This document shows, one piece after another, positions 55,609 through 64,000 of a stretch of 64,000 bases of DNA (positions within the stretch are counted from its first letter, which is position 1; every line of letters begins with the position of its first letter). The DNA is taken from NCBI GenBank assembly GCA_028068195.1, contig JAPTTX010000100.1:35838-99837 (forward strand), in the 5' to 3' direction. Under the pieces are notes generated by a model that worked only from the letters and a program-made list of their open reading frames with translations, was not told the origin of the DNA and searched no databases. The DNA is from Gammaproteobacteria bacterium (lineage in GTDB: Bacteria > Pseudomonadota > Gammaproteobacteria > Acidiferrobacterales > UBA6901). The position numbers and the translations under genes were made by a program.

Positions 55609-56490
55609 CTAGCCTCCCCGCACCTGGGCCATCACCTCGGCGGCGAAATCGCTGGCGCCCTTCTCGATACCCTCGCCGACCTCGTAACGGCCGAACCGGA
55701 CCACCCGCGCCGATGCCTTCTTGAGCAGCTTGTCAACGGTCATTTCCGGATCCTTGACGAAAGGCTGGCCGAGCAACGTGATTTCGCCCAGGTACTTGTT
55801 TACCCGACCGACCACCATTTTCTCGACGATGTCGGCCGGCTTGCCGCTATCCGCGGCCTGTGCGGCAAACAGTTCCCTTTCCTTTGCGACCACATCGGCC
55901 GGCACATCCTCTCGTGCGACATATTCGGGACGGCTCGCCGCCACATGCATGGCCAGATCGCGCCCGAGCGACTCGTCACCGCCGACGAGTTCCACGAGCA
56001 CGCCGATCCGCCGTCCATGCAGGTACGAGGCGATATGTCCTTCGGCAGAAGCGTAGCGGACGAACCGCCGCACTGCGATGTTCTCGCCCAGCTTGGCAAC
56101 GAGCCCTTCGCGCACCTGCGATACCGTTCCGGAGCCGCCCAGCGGAAGCGCGGCAAGCGCCTCGAGCGTGGCCGGGTTCCGCTCGGCGACACATGTGGCG
56201 ACCGCTCCGGCAAACGCCGTGAATTCATCACCTTTGGCAACGAAATCGGTTTCAGAGTTCACTTCCACCATCGCGGCGAGCTTGCGGTCAGGGCTCAGAT
56301 ATACCGCAATTGCGCCTTCCGCCGCCGTCCGCCCGGCCTTCTTCTCCACCTTGGCCCCGGCCTTCCTGCGCAACAGCTCGATGGCAGCTTCCATGTTCCC
56401 ATTGGCCTCCGTCAGGGCACCCTTGCATTCCATCATTCCGAGCCCGGTGCGCTCTCTCAATTCCTTAACCTGACCTGCGGTAATAGTCAT
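55609..56490 (-). CDS. tsf: Elongation factor Ts
   Basis: [26 protein letters not shown]...; the ATG at 56490 has SD GGGGA. The longer track ORF is an upstream read-through of noncoding sequence. Confidence 0.96.
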   Translation of the reverse strand: MTITAGQVKELRERTGLGMMECKGALTEANGNMEAAIELLRRKAGAKVEKKAGRTAAEGAIAVYLSPDRKLAAMVEVNSETDFVAKGDEFTAFAGAVATCVAERNPATLEALAALPLGGSGTVSQVREGLVAKLGENIAVRRFVRYASAEGHIASYLHGRRIGVLVELVGGDESLGRDLAMHVAASRPEYVAREDVPADVVAKERELFAAQAADSGKPADIVEKMVVGRVNKYLGEITLLGQPFVKDPEMTVDKLLKKASARVVRFGRYEVGEGIEKGASDFAAEVMAQVRGG

Positions 56491-56529
56491 ACACATCCCC
56501 GAAAAATCGACACAACCTGTTACGTTAAG

Positions 56530-56555
56530 AAAAAGGGGGCAAGGGCCCCCTTTTT
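56530..56555 (-). terminator. Intrinsic terminator/attenuator hairpin between rpsB and tsf
   Basis: On the plus strand: AAAAA-GGGGGC-AAGG-GCCCCC-TTTTT. This is a 6-bp GC stem extendable by A/T pairs, with a 4-nt loop, followed by a U5 run on the minus-strand transcript. It lies 20 nt after the rpsB stop and 40 nt before the tsf start. Confidence 0.7.
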
Positions 56556-56575
56556 CCTGTTCGCCCTGACCGGCC

Positions 56576-57517
56576 TTACTCGCCCTGACCGGCCTTCGTT
56601 CGCCCCCGGCCTGCCGGGGCCTTGGCCTTATTGGGACGCGGCGCCGGCCGGCGTGCTTCTGTATTCGCCACCTGGTCCGCCTTGATGTCGCCTTCATCGC
56701 GATCAAGCGCGGGGGCCGACTCCTCCGCCAGCGGTGCGGCACTCACCGGCTTGCGCCTCGCTGCCACCTTAATTTTTGAGGGCTCTTCGGCAATTTCGAC
56801 GAACTCCTCATCATCGGACGGCAGCGATACCGCCACGGTCTGGCGTCCCTGGATGATCGCGTCCGCTGCCGCCCGCGCATACAGGCGGATCGCGCGCAGG
56901 GCATCATCGTTGCCCGGAATGACGTAGTCCACGCCGTCCGGCTTGCAGTTGGAATCCACTACTGCGACCACCGGGATGTTCAGCTTGTTCGCCTCCGACA
57001 CCGCGATATATTCATGGCCGACATCGATCACGAACAGCGCATCCGGCAGGCCGCCCATCTCCTTGATACCCGCCAGACTTCGGTTGAGCTTGTCGCGCTC
57101 GCGCGTCAGCAGCAGTGTCTCCTTCTTGTTGAGCTTGTCGAACGTGCCATCCTGCTCCATGGCTTCCAGGGCCTTGAGCCGCTCGATGGATTTCTTCACA
57201 GTCTTGTAATTGGTCAGCATGCCGCCGGTCCAGCGATGGTCGACATAGGGGCTGCCGCAGCGCGTGGCCTCTTCGCGGACGATGTCACCGGCCTGGCGCT
57301 TGGTGCCGATGAAAAGGATCGTCCCCTTGTTCGAGGCGAGCTTGCTGAGATAACCCATCGCCTCATTGAACATGGGCAGGGTCTTCTCAAGATTGATGAT
57401 GTGGACCTTGTTGCGCTCCCCGAAGATATAGGGGCGCATCTTGGGATGCCAGAAACGCGTCTGGTGGCCGAAATGGACGCCGGCTTCCAGCATCTGGCGC
57501 ATCGTAACTTCACTCAT
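56576..57517 (-). CDS. rpsB: 30S ribosomal protein S2 (with a long basic Ala/Pro-rich C-terminal tail)
   Basis: [27 protein letters not shown]...; SD GGAG lies 7 nt upstream. The protein is 313 aa, against about 240 aa for the E. coli protein. Confidence 0.97.
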   Translation of the reverse strand: MSEVTMRQMLEAGVHFGHQTRFWHPKMRPYIFGERNKVHIINLEKTLPMFNEAMGYLSKLASNKGTILFIGTKRQAGDIVREEATRCGSPYVDHRWTGGMLTNYKTVKKSIERLKALEAMEQDGTFDKLNKKETLLLTRERDKLNRSLAGIKEMGGLPDALFVIDVGHEYIAVSEANKLNIPVVAVVDSNCKPDGVDYVIPGNDDALRAIRLYARAAADAIIQGRQTVAVSLPSDDEEFVEIAEEPSKIKVAARRKPVSAAPLAEESAPALDRDEGDIKADQVANTEARRPAPRPNKAKAPAGRGRTKAGQGE

Positions 57518-57625
57518 GGGTATGCTCCGGTCGGGTTATTCCGCCGTGATCCCGGAACATCCAACTCCCCAGCGCAGCGCGCCGGATAGCACCCGGATGG
57601 CCTTCGTCGGATCACGTGTGTATTG

Positions 57626-57664
57626 CCGGCCTTGGGTATTCGGGCACCGCGGTGCCCAGGCCGG
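57626..57664 (-). promoter_or_regulatory. Nested stem-loop in the rpsB upstream region (candidate 5' leader structure)
   Basis: The outer stem is CCGGCCT/AGGCCGG (7 bp). It encloses the perfect 16-nt palindrome GGGCACCGCGGTGCCC (57642..57657). The element lies about 110-150 nt upstream of the rpsB ATG, in the map-rpsB divergent spacer. The function is inferred only. Confidence 0.3.
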
Positions 57665-57934
57665 AATTTAGTGCCTTAAAAACGTTGCTTTATACCACAA
57701 GCCGGGGGCGGCCAGCAATGCGCACGCGCCGGCGCAACGGGCAGGAAGGCCCGGTCGGGCCGGCCGCCCTGCCGGCGCCCACCCGCCAGGGACTCGCGCC
57801 CGGCCCCAACACCGGCCCAGACCTGCGCGACGGTCCAGAAGGAAGAGCTTTGCCCGTGTCCATGGTAGAGTGCGTCTGTACTGGTTCCATCGACCCAGCA
57901 AGGCAGCGTACTGGCCCACAGCCATTCAACGATC

Positions 57935-58702
57935 ATGGCAGTCACGATAAAAACCCCGGAAGAAGTCGAAAAAATGCGCGTCGCGGGCCGCCTGGCGGCG
58001 GAAGTGCTGCGCATGATCCGTCCGCACGTTCAGCCCGGAGTAACCACCGGGGAACTGGACCGGATCTGTCACGATTACATCGTCAATGTCCAGCATGCCA
58101 TTCCGGCACCGCTCAATTACCACGGATTTCCGAAGTCCATATGCACGTCAGTCAACCACCAGGTCTGCCACGGGATTCCCGGAGAACGGATCCTGAAAAA
58201 GGGCGACATCGTTAACATAGACATCACGGTCATCAAGGACGGCTATCACGGCGACACCAGCAAGATGTTTTTCGTCGGCGAGCCTTCGATCCAGGCGCGG
58301 CGCGTCACGCAGGTGAGCCATGACTGCATGTGCAAGGGCATCGAGATCGTACGGGCAGGCGTGCGGCTCGGCGATATCGGCCACGTCATTCAGACCTATG
58401 CGGAGCAGAACCAATGCTCGGTCGTGCGCGAGTACTGCGGGCACGGCATCGGACGCCAGTTCCATGAGGATCCGCAGGTGCTGCACTTTGGCAAGCCAGG
58501 CACGGGGATGGAACTCGCGTCCGGCATGACTATCACCATAGAGCCGATGATCAACGCCGGACGCAAGGAAGTCCGGATGTTGCCGGACAACTGGACCGTG
58601 GTCACCCGCGACCACAGCCTGTCGGCGCAGTGGGAACATACGATACTGGTAACCGAGACCGGTCATGAGGTGCTGACCGTACTGCCGGGAGAGAGCCTGT
58701 AG
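57935..58702 (+). CDS. map: Type I methionine aminopeptidase
   Basis: MAVTIKTPEEVEKMRVAGRLAAEVL...VCHGIP...GDIVNIDITV...CGHGIG...EHT. Confidence 0.96.
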   Translation: MAVTIKTPEEVEKMRVAGRLAAEVLRMIRPHVQPGVTTGELDRICHDYIVNVQHAIPAPLNYHGFPKSICTSVNHQVCHGIPGERILKKGDIVNIDITVIKDGYHGDTSKMFFVGEPSIQARRVTQVSHDCMCKGIEIVRAGVRLGDIGHVIQTYAEQNQCSVVREYCGHGIGRQFHEDPQVLHFGKPGTGMELASGMTITIEPMINAGRKEVRMLPDNWTVVTRDHSLSAQWEHTILVTETGHEVLTVLPGESL

Positions 58703-58774
58703 GCGGCCGGCCGGCGCCGCAGAGGCGAAAACCAGGCGATTTGCTGGCACCGGGCATACGATAGGGACCGCGCA

Positions 58775-61516
58775 ATGCCTCTGCACAGGCAGGACATATT
58801 TGACCCGCGGCGTTTTGACGTCGATCTTGCCGGGCTTTCCGCAGACCGGCAGACGGGGTCGCAGCCGCCTGCGCAAGCCCTGCCCCTGTTTCGGAGCGCG
58901 CTGCAGACCGGCCGCGGGCTGCTGAAGCAGCATTATCTCGAGGGCGCTCCAGTCCAGGACATCCTGGGCACCCATGCCTGGCTCGTAGACCAGCTGCTGA
59001 AGCGGGCCTGGGACCTGCACCAGCACCTGGCGCACGGCTGCGGACGCATCGCGCTGGCTGCCGTCGGCGGCTACGGGCGCGGTGAGCTCTATCCGGCCTC
59101 CGACGTAGACCTGCTAATCCTGCTGGAGAAGCGGGGACATGCCAGCGCCCGCGAATTCGCGCGGACACTGCTCAGCTTTCTCTGGGACATTGGTCTCGAG
59201 GTAGGACACAGTGTACGCACGCTCAGGGACTGCACGCGCGAATCTCGCAAGGACATCACGGTCGCCACCAACCTGATGGAGGCACGCTGGCTGGCCGGCG
59301 AGGTGGCGCTATTCGACGCGATGCGTGCGGTCACCGGACCCCCGCGGATCTGGCCCAGCAGCAAGTTTTTCGCGGCCAAGTGGCAGGAGCAGATCGAGCG
59401 CCACCATCATTTCGGCGATACTGCGTACCGGCTCGAGCCCAACATCAAGGAAGGCCCGGGCGGGCTACGCGATATCCAGATGATCGCCTGGGTGACTCAA
59501 CGCCACTTCGGCAGCGCGACACTTCATGACTTGGTGGCACTGGAATTCCTGAGCGAAAGCGAGTACCGCAGCCTGTCACGCGGACGCCAGCTGCTGGCAC
59601 AGCTGCGTTGCGGCATCCACTACCTTGCCGGACACCGCGAGGACCGACTGCTGTTCGACTACCAGGTGGCACTGGCGGCGCAGCTGGGCTACGTCGACCG
59701 GCCGGGCAGTCGCGCAGTCGAGCAGTTCATGAAGCACTATTACCGCGTGGTCAAGGAGCTGGCACTGCTCAACGAGATCCTGCTGCAGCACTTTCAGGAG
59801 GCGATTCTTAGCCCTGGCAGAAAGACCGTGCGGGCCATCAACAGAAGGTTCCAGGCACGGGATGACTTCCTTGAGGTGACCCGCTCAAACGTCTTCGAGA
59901 AATCGCCATACGCAATTCTCGAGATGTTTCTGGTGCTCCAGCAGCATCCCGACCTCAAGGGCGTGCGCGCCCAGACCATACGCCTGCTGCGCGAAAACCT
60001 GCACCGCGTGAACAACCACTTCCGCCAGGACATCGCCTGCCGCAGCCTGTTCATGGAAATCCTGCGTCAGCCCCGGGGAATCACCCACGCCCTGCGTCGC
60101 ATGAACGCCTACGGCGTGCTGGCCGCATATATACCACCGTTCGGACGCATCGTCGGACAGATGCAGCATGACCTATTTCATGCCTATACCGTCGACGAAC
60201 ATACGTTGTTCGTGGTCCGTAACCTGCGGCGCTTCACGGTACCGCAGTTCGAGCACGAGTTCCCGCTTGCCAGCCGCCTGATCCAGCACTTGGTCAAACC
60301 GGAGCGGCTATACCTGGGGGGCATGTTCCACGACATCGCGAAAGGACGCGGCGGCGACCATTCCACGCTCGGAGAAGCGGAGGCGCGCGCCTTCTGCGAA
60401 CGGCACGGACTGAGCGAGTACGACACGCGATTCGTAAGCTGGCTGGTGCGAAACCACCTGATTATGTCCTGGACCGCCCAGCGCCAGGACATCACCGACC
60501 CGCGTGTGGTTCTGGAATTCGCCCAGAAAGCCGGCGACCAGGAGCACCTGGACAATCTCTACCTTCTCACTGTTGCCGACATGCGCGGGACTAGCCCGGC
60601 CGTGTGGAACGTATGGAAAGACCGGCTGCTGTCGCAGCTTCATGCCGCGACCACCCGCGTGCTACGTCGCGGATTCGCCAGGCCGATCGACCTGGAGGAG
60701 CGGATCAGCGATCTCAAGCAGGAGGCCATGCGGCTCCTCGCAGCGCGGGGCGTGGACCTGGACCTCGTCCGACGGCACTGGGCGCGGATGGAAAGCGACT
60801 ATTTCCTGCGCCATGACGCCGACGCGCTGGCATGGCATGCCGAGAAGATGAGCGCCACAGTGGTCGCCGATCTGCCGCTCGTCTCAGTCCGGTTCCAGCC
60901 GGGAGCCGGAGGCACGGAATTCCTGGTGTTCACACCCGACCGCGACGACCTGTTTGCGGTCATCACGGGCGGTTTCGACCGGCTCAATCTTTCCATAGTG
61001 GACGCGCGCATTCATACGACCGGATTCGGCTTCGCGCTCGACACTTTCGTCGCATTGGACCACGCCGGCAATGCGGTCACCGATCCGGCGCAGCTTGTAC
61101 AGCTGGAAGCGGCGCTGCGCAAGCAGCTGCTGGAACCGAAACCCGGACGAGACCTGAGGAGCACTCGGCTGCCGCGTGTGCTGCGCCACTTCCGGATTGC
61201 CACGCGGGTGAGCTTCGCCACCGCCCCCAATGGCCAGCAGACCATGATGGAGGTGGTCGCGCAGGACCGACCGGGTCTGCTCTACCAGGTCGCGCTCGCA
61301 CTGCAGCACTGCCGCGCGCGTCTGGTGACGGCAAAAGTGGCGACCTACGGAGAACGAGCCGAGGACATCTTCTATATCGTCGACCGCGACGGACAGGCGA
61401 TCACCGACCGCAAACGCCAAGACTGCCTCGACGCCGGCATCCGGGAACGCCTGGAGGTACCGGGCCAGGATTCCGACGACGGCACCCGCCGTGATGGCGA
61501 AGTCATCGAAATCTGA
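58775..61516 (+). CDS. glnD: Bifunctional [protein-PII] uridylyltransferase/uridylyl-removing enzyme
   Basis: 913 aa. NTase domain (GGYGRGELYPASDVDLLIL), HD domain (FHDIAKGRGGDHS) and two C-terminal ACT-like repeats. It lies downstream of map, as in many proteobacteria. Confidence 0.94.
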   Translation: MPLHRQDIFDPRRFDVDLAGLSADRQTGSQPPAQALPLFRSALQTGRGLLKQHYLEGAPVQDILGTHAWLVDQLLKRAWDLHQHLAHGCGRIALAAVGGYGRGELYPASDVDLLILLEKRGHASAREFARTLLSFLWDIGLEVGHSVRTLRDCTRESRKDITVATNLMEARWLAGEVALFDAMRAVTGPPRIWPSSKFFAAKWQEQIERHHHFGDTAYRLEPNIKEGPGGLRDIQMIAWVTQRHFGSATLHDLVALEFLSESEYRSLSRGRQLLAQLRCGIHYLAGHREDRLLFDYQVALAAQLGYVDRPGSRAVEQFMKHYYRVVKELALLNEILLQHFQEAILSPGRKTVRAINRRFQARDDFLEVTRSNVFEKSPYAILEMFLVLQQHPDLKGVRAQTIRLLRENLHRVNNHFRQDIACRSLFMEILRQPRGITHALRRMNAYGVLAAYIPPFGRIVGQMQHDLFHAYTVDEHTLFVVRNLRRFTVPQFEHEFPLASRLIQHLVKPERLYLGGMFHDIAKGRGGDHSTLGEAEARAFCERHGLSEYDTRFVSWLVRNHLIMSWTAQRQDITDPRVVLEFAQKAGDQEHLDNLYLLTVADMRGTSPAVWNVWKDRLLSQLHAATTRVLRRGFARPIDLEERISDLKQEAMRLLAARGVDLDLVRRHWARMESDYFLRHDADALAWHAEKMSATVVADLPLVSVRFQPGAGGTEFLVFTPDRDDLFAVITGGFDRLNLSIVDARIHTTGFGFALDTFVALDHAGNAVTDPAQLVQLEAALRKQLLEPKPGRDLRSTRLPRVLRHFRIATRVSFATAPNGQQTMMEVVAQDRPGLLYQVALALQHCRARLVTAKVATYGERAEDIFYIVDRDGQAITDRKRQDCLDAGIRERLEVPGQDSDDGTRRDGEVIEI

Positions 61517-61538
61517 CGCGGCACCACTACCGTCGCGG

Positions 61539-62909
61539 TCACTGGTTCAGGGCGCTATGGCTGCGGGAGTAGCCGAAGTAGACCGTCAGGCCGATGGCGA
61601 GCCAGATCACAAAGCGCAGCCATGTGATGAGCGGCAGGCTTGCCATGAGATAGATGCAGAACACCATCCCCAGCAGCGGAATCACGGGGCTCCACGGGGT
61701 TCTGAACGGACGCTTCAGTTCCGGCTGCGTACGCCGCAGTATGATCACGCCGCAGCACACCAGCGTGAATGCCGCGAGCGTCCCGATGTTGACGAGTTCG
61801 GCCACATCGCCGATCGGAGTAAAGCCGGCGATCGCCGCGATCAGCAGGCCACTCGCCACGATCACCCGCAGCGGGGTGCGGGTACGGGCATTGACTGCGG
61901 AAAATGCCGGCGGCAGCAGGCCATCGCGCGACATCGACAGGAATATGCGGGTCAGCCCGTAATAGAGCACCAGCATCACGGTGGTTAGCCCGGCAATCGC
62001 ACCGGCCGCGACCACCGCCGACGCCCAGCGGTATCCGAGCCGGAGCATGGAATCGGCTACCGGGGACGGAACATTGAGCGTGCCGTAGGGGACGATCCCG
62101 GTAAGCAGACCGGCCACGACCATGTAGATCACCGTGCATACCGCCAGGGAAACAAGGATGCCTATAGGCAGGTCGCGCGCGGGATTGACGGCTTCCTCCG
62201 CCGCCGTCGACACGGCATCGAAACCGATATAGGCGAAGAAGATAAGCGCCGCGCCACCCATCACTCCCTTCCACCCGAAAGGCATGAACGGATGCCAGTT
62301 GAACGTCTGCACGTTGGGAATGGCTACCGCCACAAAGGTGGCAATGGCGAGAACCTTCACGAGCACCATGACGGCGTTAAATCGCGCGCTCTGGCGCACG
62401 CCCACCGCAAGCAGCACGCTCAGGACCAGCACGATGAGTGCGGCCGGCAGATTGACGAATCCGCCATCGCCCGGCGCGTTCAGCAGCACCGCCGGTATAT
62501 GCAGCCCAGCCGCCGTCAGTGCATTGTTGGCATACCCGGACCAGCCGATTGCCACCGCAGCCACCGCCACCCCGTATTCCAGAATCAGGTCCCAGCCGAT
62601 GATCCAAGCAACCAACTCGCCCAATCCGGCGTAGGCATAGCCGTAAGCACTGCCGCAGCCGCCTATGGCGGATGCAAGCTCGGCATAGGACAGGGCCGAG
62701 AATGCACAGGCAAAGCCCGATACCACGAAGGACAGGACAATGGCCGGGCCAGCGCGGGTCGCCGCCGCGATGCCCGTGAGCACGAAGATCCCGGCCCCGA
62801 TGATGGCGCCGATACCCAGCAGGGTTAGATCGAAAGCAGTCAGACAGCGCCGCAGTCCGGTGTCGCAGTACATATCAGCGTTGATTGGCTTGGTCCGAAA
62901 CAGGCTCAT
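61539..62909 (-). CDS. APC-superfamily amino acid permease (cationic amino acid transporter-like)
   Basis: The ATG at 62909 has a strong SD (GAGAGGGGAG). About 12 TMs; N-terminal motif LTLLGIGAIIGAGIFVLTG. Substrate is not assignable from sequence. Confidence 0.85.
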   Translation of the reverse strand: MSLFRTKPINADMYCDTGLRRCLTAFDLTLLGIGAIIGAGIFVLTGIAAATRAGPAIVLSFVVSGFACAFSALSYAELASAIGGCGSAYGYAYAGLGELVAWIIGWDLILEYGVAVAAVAIGWSGYANNALTAAGLHIPAVLLNAPGDGGFVNLPAALIVLVLSVLLAVGVRQSARFNAVMVLVKVLAIATFVAVAIPNVQTFNWHPFMPFGWKGVMGGAALIFFAYIGFDAVSTAAEEAVNPARDLPIGILVSLAVCTVIYMVVAGLLTGIVPYGTLNVPSPVADSMLRLGYRWASAVVAAGAIAGLTTVMLVLYYGLTRIFLSMSRDGLLPPAFSAVNARTRTPLRVIVASGLLIAAIAGFTPIGDVAELVNIGTLAAFTLVCCGVIILRRTQPELKRPFRTPWSPVIPLLGMVFCIYLMASLPLITWLRFVIWLAIGLTVYFGYSRSHSALNQ

Positions 62910-63023
62910 CTCCCCTCTCTTGTCATTGTGCTCGTTATGCAAAGCGGTTGATTCCGTTCCATCGCCAACCGGCAAACTTCCTGTTGCCGTTGCCCAGGAC
63001 GCTGTGCGTGCGGACGGCGCCGC

Positions 63024-64000
63024 TCATCCCCGGTGTCTGGACAGCGGGATGCGGAGCTTCAGCCCCACCCGGATGTCGCTGCTGCTGAGATCGTTGAAGT
63101 TGCGCAGCGCAGTCACGGAAACATCATGGCGCTGCGCGATGGAATCCAGGGTGTCGCCGGGGCGCACGACATATTCACCGGCGGCCGGGGCACGGGCAAG
63201 CTTCAGCGGAACTCCGCGTCGCGCCAGGAGCCAGGGCTCGGCCCGCTCCAGCCCCTTGAATATCGCACGGGCAGTGGCTTCCTGGAAACGCGGATTGATG
63301 AGCCTGCGCTCGTCCCGAGGGTCATTTATGAAGCCGGTTTCGATCAGAATCGAAGGAACCGGCGATTCAAGCACGACGAATCCCGCCTGCTGAACCTTGT
63401 TCGAATGCAGCCGAGCGACCCTGCGCAGATAGGGCAGCATGTCGTCGCCGAGCCGCAGACTGTCGGCGATGGTGGCTGATTTGGTCAGATCACCCAGCAC
63501 CCGGCCGACCCCGCTCTCGACGCCATCCAGATTCACCCCTCCTATCCAGTCGGATTCGTTTTCATTGCTGGCCAGCGCCCTGGCCATGGCGCTGGTGGCG
63601 CCCTTCTCGGACAGCGCAAAGACCATGGCACCATGAGCAGTATCCTCGTCGCCCGGCTCGGAATTGGCATGAATGGAAATGAACACGTCCGCCCCCCGGG
63701 CCATGCGCCTGCGGGTCACCAGCGGCACATAATAGTCGCCGGTGCGCGTCATGATCGCCTTCCACCCCGGATGGGCCGACACCAGCCGATCCAGGTCGCG
63801 GCCAATCGCAAGCACGACGGTCTTCTCATGTACGCCGCCCGGACCGGTCGCTCCTGGATCTTCGCCACCGTGCCCCGGGTCGATGACCACCACGAAATCC
63901 CGCGAGGGTGGCGCGGATTCCTGAGCCTGGAGCCGGGCGCGGTCACGCGCCGCCTTGGCGGCATTATAGAGATCCACGACCAGGCGATGGCCATACGGCC
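63024..64000 (-). CDS. N-acetylmuramoyl-L-alanine amidase (Amidase_3) with C-terminal LysM domain; 5' end lies beyond the window
   Basis: VVIDPGHGGEDPGA...FISIHANS...LIETGFINDP, and a C-terminal LysM (YVVRPGDTLDSIAQRHDVSVTALRNFNDL). The frame stays open to position 64000 (...PYGHRLVVDLYNAA looks like the end of an AMIN domain); the track start at 63977 is an internal GTG. Confidence 0.9.
   Translation of the reverse strand, partial: PYGHRLVVDLYNAAKAARDRARLQAQESAPPSRDFVVVIDPGHGGEDPGATGPGGVHEKTVVLAIGRDLDRLVSAHPGWKAIMTRTGDYYVPLVTRRRMARGADVFISIHANSEPGDEDTAHGAMVFALSEKGATSAMARALASNENESDWIGGVNLDGVESGVGRVLGDLTKSATIADSLRLGDDMLPYLRRVARLHSNKVQQAGFVVLESPVPSILIETGFINDPRDERRLINPRFQEATARAIFKGLERAEPWLLARRGVPLKLARAPAAGEYVVRPGDTLDSIAQRHDVSVTALRNFNDLSSSDIRVGLKLRIPLSRHRG

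Overview
GC-rich proteobacterial chromosome segment. Gene content and order look gamma- or beta-proteobacterial; I cannot assign a genus from sequence alone. It has two parts. (1) About 0.3-31.3 kb is an exopolysaccharide (EPS) biosynthesis and export locus of 23 genes, 21 of them on the minus strand. It encodes a priming sugar transferase, eight further glycosyltransferases, a Wzx-like flippase, a Wzy/O-antigen-ligase-like protein, a chain-length determinant with a separate BY-kinase-like ATPase, a short OPX lipoprotein, a beta-barrel outer-membrane protein, two deacetylases, a FemAB-like protein, an AsnB-like amidotransferase and two CapK/PaaK-like adenylating enzymes. Several products carry the hallmarks I associate with PEP-CTERM/exosortase-A (XrtA) EPS loci, yet the window holds no exosortase, EpsI, GspA-like ATPase or PEP-CTERM substrate. 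Two plus-strand genes at the left edge encode a small Fn3-like lipoprotein and a secreted IPT/TIG protein. (2) 31.9-64 kb is a conserved housekeeping block: ygfZ; ftsB-eno-kdsA-pyrG; tilS-accA-dnaE-rnhB-lpxB-lpxA-fabZ-lpxD-bamA-rseP-dxr-cdsA-uppS-frr-pyrH-tsf-rpsB (all minus strand); then map-glnD (plus strand), an APC permease, and a cell-wall amidase truncated by the window end. I found no rRNA, tRNA, CRISPR array, transposase or integrase. Many long ORFs in the supplied track are antisense or alternate-frame shadows typical of GC-rich DNA. The track also translates GTG/TTG starts as M, so several starts were re-evaluated by eye. No composition statistics or database searches were run; all family assignments rest on motifs read in the translations.
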